IMG/VR virus record: IMGVR_UViG_3300035182_001152
Direction: 5' to 3' (one strand)
DNA from: a virus
Taxonomy: Duplodnaviria > Caudoviricetes
Length of the DNA stretch: 64,000 nt
Shown: one piece after another, positions 37,752 to 47,461 of the stretch
How the letters are laid out: every line of letters begins with the position of its first letter
How positions within the stretch are numbered: position 1 is the stretch's first letter
Notes under the pieces: generated by a model
What the model was told of the DNA's origin: nothing
The model's input: the letters and a program-made list of their open reading frames with translations, nothing else
The model's database searches: none
Position numbers and translations under genes: made by a program

Positions 37752-40700
37752 TTACGCGTTCAGACGAAGGTTCGTTGGCGTGTACCCGGTAACGATCTGG
37801 ATGTTGTCAACGGTGATATCTGGATACAACACCTCATCTTCGCGCGCTTGCACTTGGAACAGGTCACCAAACTGATCTTGCGCTAGCGTTGGGACCAACA
37901 CAACAGAGCTGATTTCTGACGGCAGTGCGGCGTGAATAGCGGCTGCTAGTTCCGTGAAGTAGAACGTTTCACCAAACTCCCACAGTATAATGTTGAAGAA
38001 ATTGCGAATTGTAGTGACGATCGTTGTTTTGATTTGGTTGTCCGTTAGGTTACGATCTGACGAACGGACAACCAAGAACGAAGCCTGCAACGCAGCAGAT
38101 GCCTTTGAACCAAACAGCAGCTTAATCTTGCCAGGGTGCAAAACGATCGTATCTGAGATCATCTTGTTGTCCAGCAGATAGTTGTACGACGTGCGTAGAT
38201 CTAGCGGCGTTGGCAGCGTTGGCTGTGTTGCCAGAGGATCCTCAAGCCAGCGCTTCAGTGCCATGTAGTAACCCTTTGTAATCACGAACGAGTCGATGAT
38301 GTTTGAAGGTGACGGATCAACTAGATGGTAACGCGGTGAGCGGTGGAACCAAGCAAAGTTCAAATCTGAACGACCCTCCCAACGCTGCCACAATCCCGTG
38401 CCGTTGATGACGTCAGTTGCATATGACGTGATCGACGTTGCTGTCGTGGGTGCTGGCGTCCACGGATCAACTGTAGTTGATCGCGTGAAGTACACGTAAT
38501 CTTTGATGCGAATTGTGATCTGTGATCCTACTGGAGCTGTGCCGTAGATTGAATTGTACAGGATCACTTGGTTTGACGCGTATGAGCCAGACGATGCTGA
38601 CACACCCCACATTACACCTTCACCAGCAAGCGGAGTGCCGTTGTATTCAATCGTCACATCAGGGGTGGTGTCAGGCGCAGCAGGATCGATGTAGTAATAC
38701 ACTGGTAGCGTGATTGCCATACCCCCAAACAGCGGAATTCCTGTTGGCACTGTGTAGTTATACTTTGGCATCATGATGTCTGCCACACCACGGTGGTTGA
38801 CGATGTCGTCAATGATTAGGTCATCTGGTACACCATCGTTGTTGGAGTCTTGGGACATCACTGACAAGCGATTAACGTCTGGGAGACCTGAATCAGGACC
38901 GGAATCGACTGTCTCCTGACCAAGCACGTTGTACACCCAGTTTTGAGATAGGATGCCCGTGCGGTTGTAGTTGACGTTTGCCTGCAAAATCACAACGCTG
39001 TCAACGTCGGATTGCAATGTATCGTACTCAATCACAGATGAAGCCTGGTTCGTATTCCAGAAAGACGTAGTTTGACTCTGGAATACCAAGCGGCGCGCAG
39101 TACGCGTGACATTGTAGCGCGTTTCAAAGATTGACGCCTGTATTACAGAGAACAGAGGTGTAGTGATGTAGTTTGCAGGCCAACCTGGCAGTGTTGTTGG
39201 GGAGTCAGAACGCTTAACGGCGTACCATTCATACGTTGTCAGGTTGTAGTACATGTCCATCTGTGTTGGCACAGGTGGAGGAGTCAGTGCGTTCGTAATG
39301 CGAACGATTTCATCGGTGTTGAACACACGACGGAATGACTGCAACGGTACGCCGGCGCTGACAATCTGGACAAAGATGTCTGTTGACGATAGCAGTGGCT
39401 CAATGTAAGTGCTAATTAACACACTAATGTCCACTACTGGCGTCGTCCCAGTTTCGGGGGTATCTTCAAAATACAGCAGCCCGTCGTCACCGTAAATCTT
39501 GACGTTCTCGTATGTGCCTGAGGCATCATGCCAAGGAATGTACTTTGAATCACCGGCAAACGTGCGGTTGATTGAGCGCAGCTTCAAGATCGAAGGATCC
39601 TGCAGCATGAACACGTTATAGTCTTGACCGTTAACCATACGGTCTTGTGAATAGTACACGGCGGGAGCAGTTACACGAACGTGCTCGATATCTTCAGCTG
39701 ATGAGCCGTTCTGCAACGAGCTGATCAAGCTGAATGTGAATGTGAACGTCTGTGTACGGCCAAATGTATCAACGTACGTGAACGATGCGGGAGTGTTGAC
39801 GACTGATGCTTGCGGCACAACAATGTCAGCATTCAGCGATGTACGAACCCAGATGTCAAACGTACCAAGAGGGATGTCAGCAAATTCACCGTCACCGAAG
39901 ATCAGGCGAACGGTGTTGTTGTCACGCGTTTCTATTTCGTACTTGTTGCGCTTGGGGTTGGTGTTGAAGATAACGTTCTGTGCGTGTGCCAGGTCAACCT
40001 GAACCCACTCGCCAGACTTACCGTCTGTCGTTGGCGTTAGGTATGGCAGAACCGTCTTAACGTCTGTTGTCTCGCCCGTGACGGGATCAACATTGTTGAC
40101 CCACACGTCCGTGTCGTTGACATTCTGTGCGGAGACGTTGTACGTTTGGTTCGGGGTAATACCATCAAACGTTGTACGGAAACGCTGCAAAGTACCTTGT
40201 TTGGTATAGCAAAAGAAGCCTGTTGTGTCGGATGAGTCACCCAGGCCGTCTTGACCGTACAGGAGCGTAAAGTTGGCGTTGTTGTACGGACGACGCTCGA
40301 CAATACCCTGATCTGCGTCGTATGCGACGGGGACCAACTCCATTGGTGCTGACCGACCGTTGACAGCAGCGGTGTACGAGAATACGCCCGTTGCCAGCGG
40401 TGACAGGTTCCACGAATACATTTCGAACAGCACGTCTTGAATTTGGAATCGGTCCGTTGGACCAACAGAGCCAAATTGTTGCTCTAGGACGCGGTTCATC
40501 ACGAGAATGAACTGATCTTTCCAGCTAGAGTTGCCAAGATCGTTCCAACGAATCGTCTTGTTTGCAAGATCGTTGCCGTTTGCATCGACTACAGATTCAG
40601 TTGTCGATACGGACATTAGTTTAACCAGGCCACGAGCTGGCAGAGAGCGGGCAGCTGTGTAGGAAACCAACTTAGCTAAGCGGAGAATCGAGTCTTTACG

Positions 40701-40961
40701 CTGCGCCGCCGAGATGAAGTTCTCGTGTGCGTTGATATCCATCCGATAAGACAGTACTTCAGCGATGTACGCGAACACTTCAACGATTGCGATGAATTCA
40801 CTGGATTCAATGAAGTCGTTGAAAGTCTCCGGGAAGTACAGCTTAATGTAGTCGAGGATACTCTGTTTGACCGTGTTGTAGTCAAATGCTGCGAAGTTGA
40901 TGTTTTGGAAGCTGTCGTACACCCTCTCCCACGACTCAGCGCGAGATACTAATCTTGACAT
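37752..40961 (-). CDS. baseplate wedge subunit (T4 gp6-like, extended)
   Basis: FAAFDYNTVKQ, FNDFIESSE, ENFISAAQRKDSILRLAKLVSY, LIFGDGEFA, QDRMVNGQDY. Confidence 0.9.
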   Translation of the reverse strand: MSRLVSRAESWERVYDSFQNINFAAFDYNTVKQSILDYIKLYFPETFNDFIESSEFIAIVEVFAYIAEVLSYRMDINAHENFISAAQRKDSILRLAKLVSYTAARSLPARGLVKLMSVSTTESVVDANGNDLANKTIRWNDLGNSSWKDQFILVMNRVLEQQFGSVGPTDRFQIQDVLFEMYSWNLSPLATGVFSYTAAVNGRSAPMELVPVAYDADQGIVERRPYNNANFTLLYGQDGLGDSSDTTGFFCYTKQGTLQRFRTTFDGITPNQTYNVSAQNVNDTDVWVNNVDPVTGETTDVKTVLPYLTPTTDGKSGEWVQVDLAHAQNVIFNTNPKRNKYEIETRDNNTVRLIFGDGEFADIPLGTFDIWVRTSLNADIVVPQASVVNTPASFTYVDTFGRTQTFTFTFSLISSLQNGSSAEDIEHVRVTAPAVYYSQDRMVNGQDYNVFMLQDPSILKLRSINRTFAGDSKYIPWHDASGTYENVKIYGDDGLLYFEDTPETGTTPVVDISVLISTYIEPLLSSTDIFVQIVSAGVPLQSFRRVFNTDEIVRITNALTPPPVPTQMDMYYNLTTYEWYAVKRSDSPTTLPGWPANYITTPLFSVIQASIFETRYNVTRTARRLVFQSQTTSFWNTNQASSVIEYDTLQSDVDSVVILQANVNYNRTGILSQNWVYNVLGQETVDSGPDSGLPDVNRLSVMSQDSNNDGVPDDLIIDDIVNHRGVADIMMPKYNYTVPTGIPLFGGMAITLPVYYYIDPAAPDTTPDVTIEYNGTPLAGEGVMWGVSASSGSYASNQVILYNSIYGTAPVGSQITIRIKDYVYFTRSTTVDPWTPAPTTATSITSYATDVINGTGLWQRWEGRSDLNFAWFHRSPRYHLVDPSPSNIIDSFVITKGYYMALKRWLEDPLATQPTLPTPLDLRTSYNYLLDNKMISDTIVLHPGKIKLLFGSKASAALQASFLVVRSSDRNLTDNQIKTTIVTTIRNFFNIILWEFGETFYFTELAAAIHAALPSEISSVVLVPTLAQDQFGDLFQVQAREDEVLYPDITVDNIQIVTGYTPTNLRLNA

Positions 40962-41268
40962 GATGTGATCCTTTATGAAATGGTTTTACATAACTTAGGG
41001 TATATGTAAAACACTCTGTGTGTCCGTTAAATTGGATAGACGGACTGTGCCGACGCGCCGCTGTTGCTGTTCCACACTCGGGGCATCCGGCAGCTTTTTT
41101 AGATGCATGCACAGATGGGAGTTGGTCAAAGAGTCCTTGTTCGTTGCAAATAATTGTAACAGGATTGTGCACACCCGTATAGTGGGCAAGAGAGTAGTCG
41201 TACTTATCACCATGCCATTTTTTAGCATTGATGATGAACGATTCCGCCCCCGCTGTTAACCCTGACAT
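40936..41268 (-). pseudogene. internally deleted DUF723/Hef-like homing endonuclease remnant
   Basis: One HGDKYDYS...IC...GCPECG repeat joined directly to FNGHTECF; the nuclease core present in the 26644 paralog is missing. Confidence 0.72.
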
Positions 41269-41339
41269 GCTGTATTCCTTGATGTTTCGTACGTACGCGC
41301 GCATTCCCACGATTCAGCACGGGAAATTAGTCGACTCAT
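41256..41339 (-). pseudogene. orphaned duplicate of the gp6 N-terminus
   Basis: MSRLISRAESWE versus gp6 MSRLVSRAESWE; TAATG-coupled to the gp25 stop; terminates after 27 codons. Confidence 0.85.
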
Positions 41340-41716
41340 TATGCGCTCTCAAATGTGATGTTAATGTCCAGGTTACCTGTGAGGTTCAATTCAACGTACA
41401 GTAGAAGTGCACTCGCTACAACGCTGTTCGTATCGTACGAAGGCGAAATCGTCAGGTTGAGTAGTTCTACACGTGGGTCGAACGCGAATACAGCTCGCAG
41501 GTCCTCTTCAAGCACGTCAAGCGTGATTGAGTCGAGAGGTTCGAACACTAGATCAGGAATTCGTGTCCCAAAAGTAGGCATCATCACACGTTCACCGCGA
41601 CGGGTGAAGATGTGATTCAGCAGATCGAGCTTAACCAACTCTGCGTCTGCAATTGAGAATGCTTTGTTCGTTTGGTATTCGTACGATGAATACCCACGAT
41701 ACAGCCCTACGGTCAT
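41339..41716 (-). CDS. baseplate wedge protein (T4 gp25-like)
   Basis: DLLNHIFTRRGERVMMPTFGTRIPDLVFEP, FDPRV; TATTTA at 41741-41746. Confidence 0.93.
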   Translation of the reverse strand: MTVGLYRGYSSYEYQTNKAFSIADAELVKLDLLNHIFTRRGERVMMPTFGTRIPDLVFEPLDSITLDVLEEDLRAVFAFDPRVELLNLTISPSYDTNSVVASALLLYVELNLTGNLDINITFESA

Positions 41717-41762
41717 GGTGTGTTCCTATGCTTGTTTCGATATTTATCTAAGGGGCAGCTGG

Positions 41763-43310
41763 TTATCTGCGCCAGTACATGCCGCGATCGATGTTGCGGC
41801 CGCGTTCAACCTTACCAACGGAAGGGTCGTCATATCCAAATTCAGGTGTGTGGCTGCTATCGTCCGCTGTCATCGTGCGAGCCCACGGCTCATGATCCGG
41901 TACGCGGTTGGTCCACAGTGCGGCTTGCTCTGCAGCATCGTCTGCAGAACCTGCGCTATCAGCTGGCGATGCTGAGGGACCGTTCAGGTCAATTGAACCA
42001 CCGCTAAGCACCACAGCGCTACCGGATACATTTGTGGAGCCACCACCAGAAATCAACATGTCGGCACCAGATTTCAGGTTCATAGCAGCGCCAGACTCAA
42101 CATTGACGGCGGCGCCCGCCTTAGCGTTTGTTGCGGCACCTGACTCTAGGTTGAGAACGGACCCAGCCTTGACGTTAACGTTCGTATCGCCCTGTAAGAA
42201 CATCGATTGTGCCGCATGCTGGCGAATATTTTGAGCCGATTTCAAGCTCATATCTTTGGCAGCGTCTAGCCGAATCTCATCATCTGAATGCATGTGAATG
42301 CCTTCTTTGGCATACATTCGGATCGATTTATCGGATGTCATGTTGATTTCTGACGACGATCGAATGTTGACTTTATTCGCTGAGAAGATATCGATGTTGC
42401 CATCCATATCCAGTTCGATCCAATTATTGCCCTTCGCAGTAGCAATGTAGATTCGCTCATTCGTGTCATCAAGAATGATCTGATGGCCAGATGTTGTGCG
42501 GAACCGCAGCCGACAGTTTTCCTGGCGATCATCCATCGAGAAGGCATGGAATCCTGGCGTGCTGAACGAGTACACCATAGAGTCGTAGTTACGATCAGTG
42601 TACGATGACGGAGCGTGTGGATCTGTCCGACTGACTTGATATCCTTGGGTGCTTGTCCAATCGCCGTGCTTGACATCTTTGTCATCCTGAACGCGTGAGT
42701 AAGTTTGGTTTAACTGTGATACGTCGATTCGCGATACGCTGTAATCAGCGGCGCGTGAACGGAACTCGTAATTTGCCTCACTTTTGTGTCCGAATGCTTG
42801 CTTCAGGTTATCTGCCAAAGGCTGGATAAACTTTTCTGAAGATGAATACGGACCGTACGGAGCGGGATCGTCACCGGCTTTCTCAAGCTCAGGGTGATCA
42901 TCATACATGAACCGGCCGTGCGGCATCGTATGTGGTGTGAATTGATCATAGATGCAACCAAAGTACATCCGCGTCATCGGATTACCGTCGATACACAGCA
43001 CAGCAACCTGTGATCCAACTTTTGGAATTGCCCACATTCCGTATGCAACGCCACCTTCAGTTTCCTGTATTCCAGGACCGCGAGATCCTACTTGCACCTG
43101 ACCACCAAAAGGCGACATGTAAATTGCCCACGGCAGGTCCTCAACGTTTGAACCCCACGGATCACCCCACTGTGAGCAGACGACACGGATCCGACCCATT
43201 TGTTGGGGGTCGTTCGTATCAACAACAGTACCGATTGTTACGAACGGTACTGTGCTCGGCGTTTGTGCAGCGTTCTGAAAAACTTCGTACTGCCGGGTGT
43301 ACATTGGCAT
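41763..43310 (-). CDS. baseplate central spike (gp5/VgrG-like OB-fold plus beta-helix)
   Basis: GTVVDTNDPQQMGRIRV, LPWA, WAIPKVGSQV, TTSGHQIILDD, beta-helix repeats. Confidence 0.9.
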   Translation of the reverse strand: MPMYTRQYEVFQNAAQTPSTVPFVTIGTVVDTNDPQQMGRIRVVCSQWGDPWGSNVEDLPWAIYMSPFGGQVQVGSRGPGIQETEGGVAYGMWAIPKVGSQVAVLCIDGNPMTRMYFGCIYDQFTPHTMPHGRFMYDDHPELEKAGDDPAPYGPYSSSEKFIQPLADNLKQAFGHKSEANYEFRSRAADYSVSRIDVSQLNQTYSRVQDDKDVKHGDWTSTQGYQVSRTDPHAPSSYTDRNYDSMVYSFSTPGFHAFSMDDRQENCRLRFRTTSGHQIILDDTNERIYIATAKGNNWIELDMDGNIDIFSANKVNIRSSSEINMTSDKSIRMYAKEGIHMHSDDEIRLDAAKDMSLKSAQNIRQHAAQSMFLQGDTNVNVKAGSVLNLESGAATNAKAGAAVNVESGAAMNLKSGADMLISGGGSTNVSGSAVVLSGGSIDLNGPSASPADSAGSADDAAEQAALWTNRVPDHEPWARTMTADDSSHTPEFGYDDPSVGKVERGRNIDRGMYWRR

Positions 43311-43369
43311 AGTATTACCTTAGATTATGTTTGTGGGGCCACTCACCATGTACGGTGATGTTGTATCTG

Positions 43370-46237
43370 TTATTGGTCGTGTTGTGTTGTGGCAGGTGCA
43401 GTGTCCTGGGGTTTGACAGGACCTGCTGTGCACGGTGAGCCTGTTCCTGTCTGTGTAGCAGCGTTTTGTTGCGCGGCGACAGCTGTGCTGGCTGTTCGAG
43501 GAGCGTCTTGAGGATCAGTTGAAGCGTACGACGCACCTGGAGCCCCTGCCGCTCCAGCTGGAGGTATTGGTGTTTTCTGACGAGCAACTGCAATGCCACC
43601 CTTCAACTGAGCTGCCATTGTCTTGGCTGCCCAGCTCCGTAGATAACCAACTGTTGTGTTTGGTTTAATAATTGTTGGATTTGCCGGCGCAATCTTGGAG
43701 AATATTTTCTCTCCAAGAGTCGTCAACACTAGCTCATTGCCGCCCGTCGCATCGTCAGCGTGGATGACTAGCAACGCAGTTCCTAGGCCTAAGAAGTGAG
43801 CTAGGTACAGATCACCCGGATCTGTGGATCCAATTTGCAATCCGTTATCACGAAGTAATGCAGCACCACCATTGGCGTTATCGCGCGGGTTTGTCCGGGT
43901 ATCGGGAGTGATTGAATTGACGCCAAACACCTTGCCTTGCTTGACCAAATGCTGCCACGTTGACGTAACGAATTGGTACAATCCAGTTGCATTAGATGTT
44001 GGGGCTTTTGCTGTTGGTTTGAACGACGATTCCTGTGCAGCAAACTGAGCCATTGTTACAATGTTGACGCCGTAGCGATTCGATGCGTCAGTGATTGCTG
44101 CCTTCACTTCAGGGGATGCCTCATCCCAACCCTTAACAACGGACGGATCATTACCGGTTGGTGATGTATTGACTGTCTTTGCGTCATCACGGTTTGTTGG
44201 TGTTGTATCGCCTGAGGGTGGAACAACGGGAACGACCGGTCCTGCTGGTTGCGAGGGGGCTGTATCACCAATCGCGTTGTCAAAGCACGTGCCGACACCA
44301 TCATTCAAGTTGACTTCATCTTGGTTCTGATCCTTGGTTGCTTGGAATGAACTTGCCTTTGGTAGACTGATCATCTGCAGGGTCTGAGTGAATTCACCAT
44401 CATCAAATGAGTGATCAATACCAACAACATAGTAGTAGCCATCATACCAGAATGGGCGGGCATAGTCTTGTGATTCGTCCGTTCCATTGATGGAACGGCC
44501 CGTGAACAACGAAAAATCATCGTTGTTTCGTGGCATCATAATGTTAACCTTGACATATGCAGGGGAGTGTGTCCAATCTGCGAACCCCGACTGATTGTCT
44601 GCTGGAGTTGGCTCCGTAGAACGTGTAGCTGACTGCACGACATACTCTGGAGACGACGTTTTGTTTGTCGATCCCAACAACTCCGCGTTACCCGTGATCC
44701 GCATCGACGCATCCGTCACTTCGAATGATGAGTGTTTCGTTAGAGTGTACGCACTCTGAATAGCGTGGCTACCATTCTGTGTGTTGATCAGGTTTGATGC
44801 CTTGATTTGTGAGCCAAAGAAGACAGGGGTCTTAACAACCTCGCCGAACCGAGCCAGATAACTGTTTACGTCAGCCGACGACGGCTGCATCATCCGATTC
44901 GCACCGCGTTCTAATTGGCTCTTAAATGTATTTGCGATTGTTGCCGTTTGCAAATACGCCAGCCCCATGTTGACCTTCATATCGAGCTCAAGAATATCGA
45001 TATTCTTGCCGGTGTAAATGTAGTCAAACTCAATAATGTTCCGCTTCAACTTCAGATATTCTGGATCATTCTCAAGCTGTGCCTTTGACTTATCACCTTG
45101 AAGTACCTGGAACGCAGGATTGTACACAATTGACTTTGGCGTTTTGAACCGCTCTACGCGGTAGTACACCGTGTAGTCTATCCCAGTTTCTGTTGGCACA
45201 GATACTAGTGCACTGTGAATCTTGTGCTCATACTTTATGCCTGTTGACGTATCACCCACAGCCATATCTGCCTGCACCTGCGGAGACATCAGCATGATCG
45301 TGCTGATTGCAGTTTCAATGCTAGTGGGAGGCGGAAACGTCAGTTGTGCAGCATCAGCACAACCTGCAGAGCTCTTGTATTGTTGTGGTTGGTTTGTGAC
45401 TGTGTACTTGATACCGTCCGTGTCTTGGTAATCCTCACCAACTTCAATCACATACTTGACCCTACACAAGGAATTCAACAACGTTTGTGTATCACCTTGC
45501 AGACTCTTGATCTGTTTGTACACACATTGGAAGTACTTTTCGTAGTTGCTATTGATGTTGTCTTGCAGCCTGCCTAGGGTGATAGCCAAGCTGTCCCCTG
45601 CTGATATACTCATTGCGTTACCAATCATGCTATACTGCGGCAGACGGGTTGCACCGTGCCCACCAGTAACGAACTGCATTTCGTAGTTACCGCCAGCTTC
45701 CGTAAACGACCCTGTGATTTCACACATAATGAGCGTCAGAGGAGAAATATCTGTGATTGAGTCTGCGTAGTCGTCGCGGTCACCAGTTTGAAACTGGTTT
45801 TCACCAACGAACACTGTTTTCAGAACGTATACAACATGCGCACTGTCAACACCAAGGGAGACACAACACTGCACTAGTTGGTCAAGGAATGCAACACCCT
45901 TAGGCTCCGAAATTCTAATGGAACCTTCCGTCGCAATCGAAGTTGAACGGTCACCGGGCACTGCTTGAGCGCCCGTTGCGGATGTCCAGTGAGCAGATTC
46001 GATTGTATACGCTGCATCTGTAGAGCCATTGATCAGGATAATGTACTTACCACCCGTTTCAGTGGTCTTAATGCCGTACTGACCCTGCGGCGATGAGTTG
46101 GCGTCGGGGTGGCTCCACACGTTCAAATCCGTGCTCGTGGCGAGTGTGTCGGCGGTTTGACTGGAATCACACATCGCCAGCACATGGTAGTAACTGTACG
46201 ACCGAAACGATGAAAGTCGGCTTGATGGGTTAGACAT
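43370..46237 (-). CDS. baseplate hub protein fused to a C-terminal SLT/lysozyme-like domain
   Basis: GYYYVVGIDHSFDDGEFTQTL hub end; AAQESSF, ATGLYQF, LYLAHFLG transglycosylase motifs; TATTTA at 46267-46272. Confidence 0.8.
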   Translation of the reverse strand: MSNPSSRLSSFRSYSYYHVLAMCDSSQTADTLATSTDLNVWSHPDANSSPQGQYGIKTTETGGKYIILINGSTDAAYTIESAHWTSATGAQAVPGDRSTSIATEGSIRISEPKGVAFLDQLVQCCVSLGVDSAHVVYVLKTVFVGENQFQTGDRDDYADSITDISPLTLIMCEITGSFTEAGGNYEMQFVTGGHGATRLPQYSMIGNAMSISAGDSLAITLGRLQDNINSNYEKYFQCVYKQIKSLQGDTQTLLNSLCRVKYVIEVGEDYQDTDGIKYTVTNQPQQYKSSAGCADAAQLTFPPPTSIETAISTIMLMSPQVQADMAVGDTSTGIKYEHKIHSALVSVPTETGIDYTVYYRVERFKTPKSIVYNPAFQVLQGDKSKAQLENDPEYLKLKRNIIEFDYIYTGKNIDILELDMKVNMGLAYLQTATIANTFKSQLERGANRMMQPSSADVNSYLARFGEVVKTPVFFGSQIKASNLINTQNGSHAIQSAYTLTKHSSFEVTDASMRITGNAELLGSTNKTSSPEYVVQSATRSTEPTPADNQSGFADWTHSPAYVKVNIMMPRNNDDFSLFTGRSINGTDESQDYARPFWYDGYYYVVGIDHSFDDGEFTQTLQMISLPKASSFQATKDQNQDEVNLNDGVGTCFDNAIGDTAPSQPAGPVVPVVPPSGDTTPTNRDDAKTVNTSPTGNDPSVVKGWDEASPEVKAAITDASNRYGVNIVTMAQFAAQESSFKPTAKAPTSNATGLYQFVTSTWQHLVKQGKVFGVNSITPDTRTNPRDNANGGAALLRDNGLQIGSTDPGDLYLAHFLGLGTALLVIHADDATGGNELVLTTLGEKIFSKIAPANPTIIKPNTTVGYLRSWAAKTMAAQLKGGIAVARQKTPIPPAGAAGAPGASYASTDPQDAPRTASTAVAAQQNAATQTGTGSPCTAGPVKPQDTAPATTQHDQ

Positions 46238-46282
46238 TGGAGATCATATTCCTTATGGTATGTCGGTATTTACACCTGAACA

Positions 46283-46603
46283 TTACGAGCCTGCAAGCAG
46301 TTCGCTAAACAAACGTCCACGATCAGGAAGCAGGATCACAGTTCCCTCGTTGAAGTCTTCATACACGTCAGAGATTGCATTATACTGCATGATAAACCAC
46401 TGAAGCGTGGACTTACCATACATATCGTACGCTAGTAGGTCTGGACGATTGGCATACTTTGCACTAATGGTGTACACAATGTCGGTTGGTGACTTCGCAA
46501 ACACTTTGCGTTCCCACCAAGCAATGCGATTACCCTTGACGGTCGTTGTGCCACCTTGAACGTAACGTCCGCCGCGTTGTTGGTCTGATCGTTGAAAGGC
46601 CAT
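46283..46603 (-). CDS. baseplate wedge protein (gp53/LysM-like)
   Basis: RPDLLAYDMYGKSTLQWFIMQYN...GTVILLP. Confidence 0.82.
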   Translation of the reverse strand: MAFQRSDQQRGGRYVQGGTTTVKGNRIAWWERKVFAKSPTDIVYTISAKYANRPDLLAYDMYGKSTLQWFIMQYNAISDVYEDFNEGTVILLPDRGRLFSELLAGS

Positions 46604-46611
46604 GTTATTCC

Positions 46612-47364
46612 TTAGAAGTTGACCAAATTACCGGTCTTGTATTTCATCAGGTCAAACTGCTCGTACTCACTAGGGGAGTGTGTCTCAATCAATGAGATCG
46701 TGATGTCCATTTTACGGGGGAATGGTTCCGAGCTTGCTGTTGGACTGCCGGTTGTGTCGTATACAGGAATGTAATCAACATCCTCTGGATATGTAATCCC
46801 AAGATTGGTCATTACTACGGGCACACGATTGATGTTCACTCGAGGGCCAGTCCCACGCAAATCATTCGAAGAAGATGAGTACGCATATAAGTACAGTACA
46901 TCTGGTGGTGCACCCCGAAGTTGGACGCCTTGCTCAACGATTCGCTTTTTGGCTGCTGCATCACGGTTATCATGCGATTGCGGTGCGGTATCGTTGATCG
47001 TTGGATTAGAGCGGTTCGCCTGATTCGTTGCTGTTAAAGTGTTCGTACTTCCAAAGTAAGGGAGTAGCCAACTGCGCAACTTTTGAAGGTTCGTCATGTT
47101 CCGCACAGCGTCAGCGACATTACGAGAGATCAAATGCGCCGTGATTTCAAACGAACGCGAGTTTGTGTGCTTGTATACCTGAATCGCGCCCGGAAGGTGA
47201 ACTGGGGTGATTGCGGAGTATTCAGCTGATCGTGTTTCTGAGAATGATGGCGTCACATCGAATGCCACCTGCGCTTCCCGAATAGACGATGGATCACCAC
47301 CGTACGTCAGGCTTGCAATCGGCACCAGACGTACTTTGTAGTTGTTCTCTTTGATATCGGACAT
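46612..47364 (-). CDS. tail-tube initiator / baseplate protein (gp48/gp54-like)
   Basis: GAPPDVLYLYAY...VPVVMTNLGITYPEDVDY; TATTTA at 47392-47397. Confidence 0.65.
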   Translation of the reverse strand: MSDIKENNYKVRLVPIASLTYGGDPSSIREAQVAFDVTPSFSETRSAEYSAITPVHLPGAIQVYKHTNSRSFEITAHLISRNVADAVRNMTNLQKLRSWLLPYFGSTNTLTATNQANRSNPTINDTAPQSHDNRDAAAKKRIVEQGVQLRGAPPDVLYLYAYSSSSNDLRGTGPRVNINRVPVVMTNLGITYPEDVDYIPVYDTTGSPTASSEPFPRKMDITISLIETHSPSEYEQFDLMKYKTGNLVNF

Positions 47365-47402
47365 TCGGGTTACTCCAAGGCTCAGACTTCGTATTTATTG
47401 GC

Positions 47403-47431
47403 GTTGACCTTTGGAAAAATTCGGCTATACT
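47403..47431 (+). promoter_or_regulatory. sigma70-type promoter GTTGAC-N17-TATACT
   Basis: Same layout as 6345-6373, upstream of the gp55-like gene. Confidence 0.7.
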
Positions 47432-47461
47432 AACCTAAACCTCACGAAGAAGGTACCCTCT

